A DNA stretch of 18,188 nucleotides from contig JAYVCD010000182.1 in NCBI GenBank assembly GCA_043750125.1, forward strand, positions 1 through 18,188. Reading direction: 5' to 3'. The notes beneath the pieces were generated by a model. The model did not search any database. It saw nothing but the letters and a program-made list of their open reading frames with translations, and had not been told where the DNA came from. The DNA comes from Archangiaceae bacterium (lineage in GTDB: Bacteria; Myxococcota; Myxococcia; Myxococcales; Myxococcaceae). This document shows positions 1-8,478 of the stretch, in pieces. The translations under genes and the position numbers were made by a program. Each line of letters opens with the position of its first letter. Positions within the stretch are counted from its first letter, which is position 1.

Positions 1-2
1 AG

Positions 3-554
3 TCCGAGACCGCCCGGTCGATCGCCCGGGTGCTCACCAAGCCCTACGACGCCAAGCGCCTCATCTCGTGGATCAGCAGCACCGTGAAGCTTGCCCGCAT
101 GAGCCGCGCGACGAGTCAGATCGTGGCCAGCCGGCCGTCTCGCCCGCGCGTGAATCTTCAAGGGTCGGGCGCAAAGCAGGTTCCCTTTCGGGTGGTGGTG
201 CTCGATTCCGACCCCGCGGTGCGACCCGGCTACGAAGTGCTGCTCAAAGGTTTTGCCCGGGCCAGCGGGTACCCCAGTGCCGACGTGACCTTCGCTTCGG
301 ACGGCGGCAGTTGCCTGCTGCAGCTGAGCGAGGGAGGCGCCCACCTGGTGGTGCTCGACACCCAGGGGTTGGGAACCCAAACGGGGCTCTGGTCCGAACG
401 GATTCGGGCCACGCCTGGGCACGGGGCGCTGCCGATTCTGCTGATCCAGGGCCCGGTTGCAGTCGAAGGGCCCCCGACGCACACCGCCAGCGTCCGCAAG
501 GGAGCCCTGCCCGAGGATTTCCTGCGCGCGCTCAATGCCCTGCTGCGCGGATGA
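3..554 (+). CDS. Response regulator-like protein, 5' partial: end of one receiver domain plus an atypical C-terminal receiver domain
   Basis: The frame is open from the window edge (SETARSIARVLTKPYD..., the 'KP' end of a REC domain). It continues FRVVVLDSDP...VTFASDG...HLVVLD...LPILLI...RKG..PEDFLRALNALL, a second REC fold. Confidence 0.7.
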   Translation, partial: SETARSIARVLTKPYDAKRLISWISSTVKLARMSRATSQIVASRPSRPRVNLQGSGAKQVPFRVVVLDSDPAVRPGYEVLLKGFARASGYPSADVTFASDGGSCLLQLSEGGAHLVVLDTQGLGTQTGLWSERIRATPGHGALPILLIQGPVAVEGPPTHTASVRKGALPEDFLRALNALLRG

Positions 555-590
555 TTTGAACCCCGATTCCGGGTTACGAGTGCGTGGCCA

Positions 591-1646
591 ATGACGCGGG
601 CACTACAAGGGATGCTGCTCGGCGAGCTCTCGGCACAGCTGGGCAGCCGCACCCGCGCGCTCGAGACGATCAAGTGGCTCTACGCCCAGCGACCTACGCC
701 TTCGGCGCTGCCCGAGCAGTTGGCTGGGGTGAGCCAGAAAATCTGGGCGCCTTTTCGCGAGCGCGCCGCCCTCACCGTGCCCAAAGTCAAAGAGCGGCAG
801 ATCGCCCCCGACGGCACGACCAAGTACGCGCTCGAGTTCGACGGGACCCTGGTCGAGACCGTGCGGATCCCCACCTTGCATCGCAGCACCATCTGCGTCT
901 CGAGCCAGGCGGGCTGCAGCCGACGGTGCGTCTTCTGCGCCACCAAAGAGCTGGGGTTCCACCGGCAGCTGCTCGCCGAAGAGATGGTGGCCCAATACCT
1001 GGTCGCTCGCGCCGAGGCCCCCCCGGAAGCGCCGGCCCGCAACGTGGTCTTCATGGGCATGGGCGAGCCGTTCGACAACCTCGACGAGGTGCTGCGCGCG
1101 GTGGAAGTGCTGACCCAATCGCCGGCTCCGCAGCTCAAAGCCACGTCGGTCACCGTGTCCACCTCGGGCGTGCTTCCGGGAATGAAGCGGTTCCTCAACG
1201 AATCGCCCGCCTCGTTGGCGCTTTCGCTGAACGCCACCACCGACGCCCAGCGGGAAGCGCTGATGCCCCAGAACAAGAGCTGGCCGATTGCTGCGCTGCT
1301 GGGTGAGCTGGCCGAAGACGCAGGCCGAAACCCCCGGCGTCAGCACTTCATCGAGTACGTGATGTTCGAGGGTGTGAACGATTCGGACGAAGACGCCGAG
1401 CGCCTGGTCCAGCTGATGAAGCCGCTTCGGGCGCGGGTCAATTTGATCCCCCACAATCCCTTCCCGGGCTCGCCGCTGAAGGCCCCCACCGACGCGCGGC
1501 TGCGGCTGTTTCACCAGCGGGTCGTCGCCCGGGGACAGCTGTGCCTGGTGAGGTGGCCGCGGGGCCGGGAAATCGCCGCCGCCTGTGGGCAGCTGGTGCT
1601 CTCAGCCACCGCCGAGGGCTTTGAGAACAGCGCCGCCCCGCTCTAA
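591..1646 (+). CDS. rlmN: RlmN/Cfr-family radical SAM RNA methyltransferase
   Basis: TICVSSQAGCSRRCVFC (CxxxCxxC plus the upstream conserved Cys), NVVFMGMGEP, SLNA, IEYV..GVNDS, VNLIP, and C-terminal AACGQL with the catalytic Cys. Confidence 0.9.
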   Translation: MTRALQGMLLGELSAQLGSRTRALETIKWLYAQRPTPSALPEQLAGVSQKIWAPFRERAALTVPKVKERQIAPDGTTKYALEFDGTLVETVRIPTLHRSTICVSSQAGCSRRCVFCATKELGFHRQLLAEEMVAQYLVARAEAPPEAPARNVVFMGMGEPFDNLDEVLRAVEVLTQSPAPQLKATSVTVSTSGVLPGMKRFLNESPASLALSLNATTDAQREALMPQNKSWPIAALLGELAEDAGRNPRRQHFIEYVMFEGVNDSDEDAERLVQLMKPLRARVNLIPHNPFPGSPLKAPTDARLRLFHQRVVARGQLCLVRWPRGREIAAACGQLVLSATAEGFENSAAPL

Positions 1647-2563
1647 AGCAGCGTCATCGCCAGCGCGCCGCCCAGCGCAGCGGCCAGCGGCACCGAGAGG
1701 TTGTCGTCGATGCGAAGGCTCAACAGCTCGGCCAGCGCGCCCAGCAAAGAGGCCGTCGCGCAGATCGCGAGCGTCGCGCCGATCGCCAGTGCCGGGTGCA
1801 ACAGCCGCAGCAGCGCAAACGAAACGAGCAGCCCGCTGATGAAGAACGTGAGCGTGCCTTCCAGTGACCTTCCGTGCAGCAGCTTGATGCGCCCGAACCT
1901 GCGGCCCACCAGCGCGGCGAGGGGATCTCCGACGCCCAAAATGCTGACCGCGACGACACACAGCACGTCTGACTGGGTCAGCGTCAAGGCCACCAATGCG
2001 GTCGCATACCAGGTCGAGGAATTGACCCGACGGGCCTCGTGCACGTGCGAAATCGGTTTGAAGAACCCCATCAGCGCCCGATTGACGCGGGGGCTGCGCC
2101 GGCGGGCCAGTTCCATCAGCCAGAAGGTCACCGCGTACACCGAAGCCGCGCAGGTCAGCAGCAGGGGCGAATCGATGAGCTCGATCAGCACGATCGCGAA
2201 GGCCGCCCCGGCGACGTGAAAGGCACTGCGGGCCCAGTTGGTCGGCCGCAACGTCGGAACGTGAATCTGCTCGGCGCGCAGCGAGGTCGCGATCGCCTCG
2301 TAGGACGGCTGAAGGTGCTGCTTGAACGTGAGCCAGCGGGTCTTCAAATCGGAAGTCGACGCCTCGAGGGTGGGCAGCTCGGTGCGCAGCGCGCCCGCGA
2401 CTGACGCCAACCGTTCTCGTTGCTCGAGCCGCTGCTGCAGCTCGTAGAGCCGCACTTTCAAAGCGGACGCCGCAGTGTCCCGCCAACGAATCGGGTCAAT
2501 CTCGCTCAGCAGCCCGTGCAGCTGAAGCACGAGCGCACGGTCGGCGTTGGGCTCTGGGTTCAT
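1643..2563 (-). CDS. CTP-dependent diacylglycerol/polyprenol (phytol/dolichol) kinase-family membrane protein with a ~105-aa soluble N-terminal extension
   Basis: Multiple TM segments plus RSAFH, GDPLAALVGRRFG, RSLEG and DDNLSVP motifs typical of the SEC59/DGK1/VTE5 family. Its stop overlaps the rlmN stop (convergent). Confidence 0.85.
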   Translation of the reverse strand: MNPEPNADRALVLQLHGLLSEIDPIRWRDTAASALKVRLYELQQRLEQRERLASVAGALRTELPTLEASTSDLKTRWLTFKQHLQPSYEAIATSLRAEQIHVPTLRPTNWARSAFHVAGAAFAIVLIELIDSPLLLTCAASVYAVTFWLMELARRRSPRVNRALMGFFKPISHVHEARRVNSSTWYATALVALTLTQSDVLCVVAVSILGVGDPLAALVGRRFGRIKLLHGRSLEGTLTFFISGLLVSFALLRLLHPALAIGATLAICATASLLGALAELLSLRIDDNLSVPLAAALGGALAMTLL

Positions 2564-2618
2564 GACTACCCGGAAGGTAGCTGCCCCGCGCCGCGGCCGC
2601 GGAATCTTGCGCCGTTGG

Positions 2619-2642
2619 TGACAGACCGATGACGGTCAGTCA
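2619..2642. promoter_or_regulatory. Inverted repeat, probable transcription-factor operator in the divergent intergenic region
   Basis: TGACAGACCG-ATGA-CGGTCAGTCA: 10-bp arms with 1 mismatch, ~55 bp upstream of the lipid kinase start, with no U-tract. Confidence 0.5.
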
Positions 2643-2855
2643 TCGACGCAGCGCCCGCCGCGGGGGACCGCGACGATTTTAAAGGGACGTTGGAAAGGTT
2701 GGGGCTCGTTGCATTTATCGGGGGGGCCGCGCCCGCCAGTGCGACCGGCAGGCGCAATGGGCCGGCAATGCAATCCTGGGGTGACAGTTCGAGGGCTGCC
2801 GAGGCTTCAGGGATTCGGAATTGTCGAGCCCCGGTGTGGTTGAATCTGCTCGTTC

Positions 2856-4793
2856 ATGGCCCGCGGAGTCCTTTGCCCCAAATGCGCGATGATCGCTGCG
2901 GCCACCGCGACCGTTTGTCCCCGGTGCGCCACTGTCTTCGCGTCAGGCATTGACGCGTCGGAACGATCGCCCAACCACGGCTCGGCCTTGACGGTAGACG
3001 AGGACGGCCCCCGAGGGGCCACCCGGCCGTTCAAGGCGTTCACTCCCGACGCGACCTTTACCGACCACGACCATGCAGGGGCGACGGTCGACCTCGACGG
3101 CGCCGATTCGCAGACGATGGAGCTGCGCGCACTGCAGGGTCCGACCCCCGAGCAGGCCCAGGAGCCCCAGCCGAAGGGGACCTCTGCACCCCGCCGGACC
3201 CAGGCAGACCCGGTGGCGCAGGTCAACGCTCCGGCCGCGCGCCGCCCGGGTGCGCTGGCTCAGCACCAGGCCGCCGCTGCCGCCGTCCCGCCCTCACCCC
3301 GGAAGGACCCGATGACCGGGGAAAAACTGGGCGAGTACATCGTCGAAGAGAAGATCGGCACCGGAGGAATGGGCGTCGTCTACAAGGCACGCCAACCGCA
3401 AATCGGCAGCACGGTCGCGATCAAAATCCTTCGGGGCGACGTGATCGTCGACAAGCGCGACCTGCAACGGCTGCTCGACGAGGCGCGGGTGGTCAACGCG
3501 ATCAAGCACCGGGGAATCATCAACATCTTCGGCGCCGGAGAGCTGCCGGACGGACGGCAGTACCTGGTGATGGAATACCTCGATGGCGAGACGCTCGAGA
3601 AGCGGCTCGAGCGGGTGGAACGGCTTTCGACCGCCGACGCGCTGCCGATTCTCGATGAGGTGCTCGCCGCGCTCGCTGCCGCGCACGGCACCGGCATCGT
3701 TCATCGCGACCTCAAGCCGGCGAACATCTTTCTGGTCAAGCAAAGCGACGGGCCCGACCTGGTCAAGCTGCTCGACTTCGGGCTCGCGCGACGGCAGATG
3801 CAGGAAGTCAGTCGAATCGCTGGAACGCCCGACTACATCTCGCCTGAGCACGCGCGGGGGCGACCGGCGGGCCCTCCGGCAGATCTCTACGGCTTTGGAG
3901 TGCTGGCGTTTCACCTGCTCACCGGAGAGCTGCCGTTCAAGGGCAACACTCCGATGGAAATGATGGAACAGCACGTTCACTCTGCGCCGCCGGTGCCGAC
4001 GGAAATCAACCCCTCGATTCCCCCCGCGATGAGCGGGCTGATCCTCGCGCTGATGGAAAAAGATCCGGCCCGCCGACCCGACGCAGATCGCGCGCGGCAA
4101 GACCTCAAGGCCGCGGGTCGGCAGCTGCAGACGAAGGCAGGGCTCGAAACCTCGAATCCCATGGGCGGCCGACCTGCGTTTTCCGCCCCCCACCGCGCTG
4201 GGCTCGATTCGAGGCTCAAAGAGCTCACCCGGAAAGGGGACCTCGCCTTGCTGCTTCGCACTGCAACGCGCAACTGGCCCTGGGTCCTGGCCGGCTTTGC
4301 GCTGTTGTGGGTGGTAGGGGTGGTGGTCTGGATGAGGTTGACCCCGAACGTCCCCATTCCGCCCGCCACGCCCTTCCCCGGTTCGGTCAAGAAGGCCGCG
4401 GCGCCAGTGAGAGTCGCGCCGCAAATCGAGGTGAAGCGCGAAGTCCCGGTCGAGCCCGGTGCCCCCAAACCTTCCCCCCCCGAACCTTCCCCCATCGAAG
4501 CCCCACCGCTCGAAGCGCCCGCCGCTGCCGTGGCCGCACCGGAAAAGCACGACCTGGCCCGGGCGCCGCCCCTGAAGGAAGAGGTCGCTTTGAACAAGTG
4601 GCGGCTGAAGATGAAGAACGAGCTGGCGGTGCTCGATGCGCAGCTGTCGGGGAACCTCGAGCAGTTTCGCCCGGCACTCAATGACCTCGCCTTCGACATC
4701 GAGGGGGTCAACAACCCGCAAGGGCAGCAGTCGACCCAGGACCGGCTCGAAGCGTTGAAAGTGAAGTTCGAGCACGAAACCGAAAGCCGCTGA
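2856..4793 (+). CDS. Membrane-anchored Hanks-type Ser/Thr protein kinase with an N-terminal zinc ribbon
   Basis: CPKC-x10-CPRC at the N-terminus; GTGGMGVVY, VAIK, HRDLKPAN, DFG, GTPDYISPE, DLYGFG; TM WPWVLAGFALLWVVGVVVW; Pro-rich linker; helical C-terminal tail. Confidence 0.95.
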   Translation: MARGVLCPKCAMIAAATATVCPRCATVFASGIDASERSPNHGSALTVDEDGPRGATRPFKAFTPDATFTDHDHAGATVDLDGADSQTMELRALQGPTPEQAQEPQPKGTSAPRRTQADPVAQVNAPAARRPGALAQHQAAAAAVPPSPRKDPMTGEKLGEYIVEEKIGTGGMGVVYKARQPQIGSTVAIKILRGDVIVDKRDLQRLLDEARVVNAIKHRGIINIFGAGELPDGRQYLVMEYLDGETLEKRLERVERLSTADALPILDEVLAALAAAHGTGIVHRDLKPANIFLVKQSDGPDLVKLLDFGLARRQMQEVSRIAGTPDYISPEHARGRPAGPPADLYGFGVLAFHLLTGELPFKGNTPMEMMEQHVHSAPPVPTEINPSIPPAMSGLILALMEKDPARRPDADRARQDLKAAGRQLQTKAGLETSNPMGGRPAFSAPHRAGLDSRLKELTRKGDLALLLRTATRNWPWVLAGFALLWVVGVVVWMRLTPNVPIPPATPFPGSVKKAAAPVRVAPQIEVKREVPVEPGAPKPSPPEPSPIEAPPLEAPAAAVAAPEKHDLARAPPLKEEVALNKWRLKMKNELAVLDAQLSGNLEQFRPALNDLAFDIEGVNNPQGQQSTQDRLEALKVKFEHETESR

Positions 4794-4865
4794 AAGTCGC
4801 CCCACGCGCACACATTGCGCAGGGCTTGCCCGTCGAAGCGGGGGGGTGTAGCTGCCCGGGTAGCC

Positions 4866-5909
4866 ATGGCCAAGGAAGCGAAGAAGAAACCTGACGCGCC
4901 GAAGAAGGCCTTTCCGCGCCCCTCGCTGGTCACCCACTCTGACGCGCTGCCGCTGGAAGGCGCGCTGCTGAAGGCGATGTACGAGAACATGGTCAAGTCG
5001 CGCGCTCTGGAAGAGCGGCTGATCGCGATGTACAAATCAGGGCACGGCTATTTCTGGATTGGAGGACCTGGCGAAGAGGCCTTCAACACCGCGCTCGGGA
5101 TGCTGATCAAAAAAGGGCAGGGCCCGGCGTTCGACTTTCTCCACTTCCACTACCGGCAGTCGGCCACGTTGCTGGCGATGGGCGAAGAGCCGATCGGCTC
5201 GCTGCGGCAGATGAAGAACACCGCCACGGACCCCTACTCCCACGGGCGCAACTTCGCCGGCCACTTCAGCAAGAAAGAATGGAACGTCGCTCCGGTCAGT
5301 TCCCCGATTGAAGTGCAGTACGCGATGGCCCCGGGCACCGCGATGGCGCAGAAGCGGTTTGGTGGCGACGGGATCACGATCGTCACCGGCGGCGACGCGG
5401 GTACGGCCGAAGGAGACTTTGCTTCCTGCCTCATCTGGTCGACGCGGCCAGGCAACGAGCTGCCGATTTTGATCTGCGTCACCAACAACAAGTGGGGCAT
5501 CTCGACCCCCTACGCGACCCAGCAGGGTGTCGAAAAAATCTCGGACCGCGGCGTGGCCTTTCAGATGCGCACCAAGACGATCGACGGCAATGATCCGATC
5601 AGCTGCTACCTCGAGCTCACCGAGGCGATGGAATACGTCCGCACCGAGCGCAAGCCGTACCTGGTCGAAGCCAACGTCTCTCGCCTGTTCGGTCATTCGT
5701 CGGCGTCCGGAGCAAACTTCGCAACCGGCGAGGCCGACTGCATTCCCCTGTTCGAAGCGAAGCTGCTCAAGCATGGAGTGCTCAAGAAGGGCGAGGCCGA
5801 GGCGCTGAAGGCGAAGTGGACCGACGCGATCGCCGAGCAGGCGCGGCAAGTGCGTGACGAGCCGCAGCCCGAGGGCAGCTCCATCTTCAACCACATTTTC
5901 GCGGAGTAA
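4866..5909 (+). CDS. bkdA1: TPP-dependent 2-oxoacid dehydrogenase E1 alpha subunit (probably branched-chain, esg-like)
   Basis: R.LEERL, HYRQ, TPP-binding motif GDAGTAEGDF...NNKWGIST, DGND, RLFGHSS. ATG at 4866 is preferred over the TTG at 4815. Paired with the E1 beta gene. Confidence 0.85.
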   Translation: MAKEAKKKPDAPKKAFPRPSLVTHSDALPLEGALLKAMYENMVKSRALEERLIAMYKSGHGYFWIGGPGEEAFNTALGMLIKKGQGPAFDFLHFHYRQSATLLAMGEEPIGSLRQMKNTATDPYSHGRNFAGHFSKKEWNVAPVSSPIEVQYAMAPGTAMAQKRFGGDGITIVTGGDAGTAEGDFASCLIWSTRPGNELPILICVTNNKWGISTPYATQQGVEKISDRGVAFQMRTKTIDGNDPISCYLELTEAMEYVRTERKPYLVEANVSRLFGHSSASGANFATGEADCIPLFEAKLLKHGVLKKGEAEALKAKWTDAIAEQARQVRDEPQPEGSSIFNHIFAE

Positions 5910-5914
5910 TTTCA

Positions 5915-6970
5915 ATGGCGAGCATGGCCCAGGCCATTCGAATGGCGCTGCACTACGCGGAAGAGAATCTCGGCGTCACCGACATCTTCGGAGAGGACGT
6001 AGGTCCTCCCCTGGGCGGGGTGTTCACCGTGACCCAGGGCTTGAAGACGACCTGGAACACTCCGCTGGACGAACGGGGAATCATCGGGGTCGCGATGGGC
6101 CTGGCGATGGCCGGCCAACGCCCGGTCGCCGAGATTCAGTTCTGCGACTACATCTACAACACCATCGACCTGCTCAAGCTTGCGGGAAGCACCTGCTGGT
6201 CGAGCCACGGCGACTGGAATCTGCCGATGGTGGTGATGACTCCGGTCGGCAGTGGAATTCGCGGCAGCATCTACCACTCGCATTCCTTCGACGCGACGGC
6301 GACCCACATTCCCGGCTGGAAGATTGTGATGCCCAGCAACCCGCTCGATGCCTACGGGCTGATGATTTCCGCCTGCCGCGAGAAGAACCCGGTGATGTAC
6401 CTGAAGCCCAAGGCGCTGCTGCGGGTGCGCGGTGAAGAGGCGATTCCCGGTGAGCCGGGCGATGACAAGCAGTTGTCGAAGATGATCGACGCTCCGCTGG
6501 GAGACCGCTCGAAGTGGGCGCCCCGCTGGCCCGAGCTGACCGACTACGCGGTGAAGATCGGCGAAGGGAAAATCGTGCACCCCGGCAGCCGGCTCACGGT
6601 GGTCAGCTACGGCCGCACGCTGCCGCTGTGCGTGAACGCGGCGAAGACTTTGGCCGCCGAGGGCATCGACGCGGAAGTCATCGACCTGCGCAGCCTTTGG
6701 CCGTACGACTGGACGATGATCAAGGCCAGCGTCGAGAAGACCGGCCGGGTGCTCTACGTGAATGAAGACACCGAGGTGACCAACTTCGGAGAGCACCTGG
6801 TGCGGCGCACGGTCGAAGAGTTGTTCTACAAGCTCAACGCCGCGCCCAGGCTGCTCGCGGGCAAGTTCATTCCTGGAATCGGGCTGGCCGATGCGCTTGA
6901 GCTGATGTCGGTGCCCCAGCAAAACGACATCGAGCAGGCGATGCGCGCCCTGTCCGCCGAAGAAGCCTGA
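5915..6970 (+). CDS. bkdA2: 2-oxoacid dehydrogenase E1 beta subunit
   Basis: FGEDVG...GGVF, NTPLDERGIIG, PVAEIQFCDY, YHSHS, PSNPLDAYGL, EVIDLRSLWPYD, SVEKTGR. Starts 5 bp after the alpha stop. Confidence 0.9.
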   Translation: MASMAQAIRMALHYAEENLGVTDIFGEDVGPPLGGVFTVTQGLKTTWNTPLDERGIIGVAMGLAMAGQRPVAEIQFCDYIYNTIDLLKLAGSTCWSSHGDWNLPMVVMTPVGSGIRGSIYHSHSFDATATHIPGWKIVMPSNPLDAYGLMISACREKNPVMYLKPKALLRVRGEEAIPGEPGDDKQLSKMIDAPLGDRSKWAPRWPELTDYAVKIGEGKIVHPGSRLTVVSYGRTLPLCVNAAKTLAAEGIDAEVIDLRSLWPYDWTMIKASVEKTGRVLYVNEDTEVTNFGEHLVRRTVEELFYKLNAAPRLLAGKFIPGIGLADALELMSVPQQNDIEQAMRALSAEEA

Positions 6971-7040
6971 CCCCGAGAAGGGGGATGTGCGCCCAGGCAC
7001 AGTCGACAACTCAAAAATGTTGGGCGTAGGCTGTCGCGCG

Positions 7041-8072
7041 ATGCCTCGACTGACATTACCGATTCTGATGATCCTGGTCGCTGCCAGCAGCTGTGGCCGT
7101 TCGACTCCCTACACCTACCCGCCCGGAACTGTTCTGCCGGGCCAACCGGGAATGATGCTCCTCCCCGACGGAGGCGTGGGCCCGATCATCCCGACGATGA
7201 CGTGCAAGCCGATCGACAGCGACCTGTTCACGTTGCCGCCGAAGACCAAAAAACCGATCGACGTGCTGTTCGTGATCGACGACTCGGCGAGCATGAAGAA
7301 CGACCAGGAAGCGCTGGCGGCGAACTTCAAGTCGTTCATCGAGAGCTTCATCACCAGCGAAGTCGACTTTCACCTCGGCACGGTGACGACCGACATGATC
7401 AAGCCAGGTCGGAAAGGAGAGCTGGTTCTTCCGGGCTCTCCGATGGTGCGGTTCCTCGTTCCGTCGACGCCGAACCTCACCCTGGCGTTCGAGGCGATGG
7501 CGAACGTCGGGGTGAATGGGAGCCCCGACGAGAAGGGCCTGGCGGCGGCCAGAGCGGCCCTGTCCGAGCCGCTGCTGAGCGGCGCGAACAAGGGGTTCCT
7601 GAGGAAGGAAGCCGACCTCGGAATCGTGATCGTCGCCGATGAGGATGATCACGACAGTGACACGGTCGCCAACTACGTGAGCTTCTTCAAGGGCCTGAAG
7701 ACCGACATTGCAGCGATGAGCATTTCGTCCATCGCGCTGCAAAACGGAATCATCTGCAGCACCGCGAACTGGCGCTACGTCCAGGTCGCCCGGGCATTCG
7801 GGCCGCGCGGCCTGGTCAGCTCGTGCACCCCCGACTACGCGGAAACGCTCAAAGCCATCGGCGGCCGGCTGGTCGGCTCTCATTGCGTCATCGGCCTGAA
7901 GCGGTGGCTCGAGGAAGGGGCCCGGGTGCACGTGCTCGTCAATGGCGCCCCGTCCAACTTCATCCCCTACCCTCCTGACGAGGCGTACGCGAACGGGAGC
8001 ATTCAGTTGCTGACCTGCCCCTCCGGCGGCGGCACGGTCGAGATCGTCTACGAGGAATGTGTAGAGAACTAG
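7041..8072 (+). CDS. vWA-domain lipoprotein (myxobacterial type)
   Basis: Signal peptide II MPRLTLPILMILVAASS-C; MIDAS motif DVLFVIDDSASM; DFHLGTVTTD, EKGL, FLR.EADL.IVIVADEDD; Cys-containing C-terminal region. Confidence 0.8.
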   Translation: MPRLTLPILMILVAASSCGRSTPYTYPPGTVLPGQPGMMLLPDGGVGPIIPTMTCKPIDSDLFTLPPKTKKPIDVLFVIDDSASMKNDQEALAANFKSFIESFITSEVDFHLGTVTTDMIKPGRKGELVLPGSPMVRFLVPSTPNLTLAFEAMANVGVNGSPDEKGLAAARAALSEPLLSGANKGFLRKEADLGIVIVADEDDHDSDTVANYVSFFKGLKTDIAAMSISSIALQNGIICSTANWRYVQVARAFGPRGLVSSCTPDYAETLKAIGGRLVGSHCVIGLKRWLEEGARVHVLVNGAPSNFIPYPPDEAYANGSIQLLTCPSGGGTVEIVYEECVEN

Positions 8073-8101
8073 TCGCTTTGTCGGCTGGGACTGCGGGCGC
8101 G

Positions 8102-8443
8102 TCAGACGAATCTGAGCTGGGCGCGCTCGGGCAGCTGGCTGGGGGGGCGGTCGGTGACCCAACCGTACTCGAGGGCGCTCAGAAAGCCTTTCTCTACCCA
8201 GACGAGCAGGGTCCCGATCGGCTGGCCCGAGTCGTAGGCCCAGCATTGACCCGGTACCGGGCCTTGCTCGAAAGCAGATGCGAGGGGCGAACCCTCGAGA
8301 GCGAGCTCGAGGAATGTGACTGGGCCGCCCGACACCTGGACGTGCGGAACCTGACCCAGCAATGCCCCCTGGCCCTCGAAGTCTCGGGCCTCGATGACGG
8401 CGACGAGCAATTCTCGAACGCGCACGAGGTCCCAATCGGCCAC
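8102..8443 (-). CDS. Small conserved-looking hypothetical protein (113 aa, GTG start)
   Basis: This is the 3' part of ORF 8102..8626 that does not overlap the upstream gene. GAGG precedes the GTG at 8443. The translation is protein-like: RELLVAVIEARDFEGQGALLGQVPHVQVSGGPVTFLEL...GTLLVWVEKGFLSALEYGWVTDRPPSQLP. Confidence 0.7.
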   Translation of the reverse strand: MADWDLVRVRELLVAVIEARDFEGQGALLGQVPHVQVSGGPVTFLELALEGSPLASAFEQGPVPGQCWAYDSGQPIGTLLVWVEKGFLSALEYGWVTDRPPSQLPERAQLRFV

Positions 8444-8478
8444 GAGACCTCGCCCCAGGCCCGCCGCAGAGCGCCGAG

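Noticed and set aside
591-1646. Possible Cfr antibiotic-resistance methyltransferase
   Set aside because: Motifs are shared with RlmN and there is no mobile context; it cannot be called Cfr without phylogeny.
3294-4937. 547-aa minus-strand ORF
   Set aside because: Antisense shadow of the Ser/Thr kinase.
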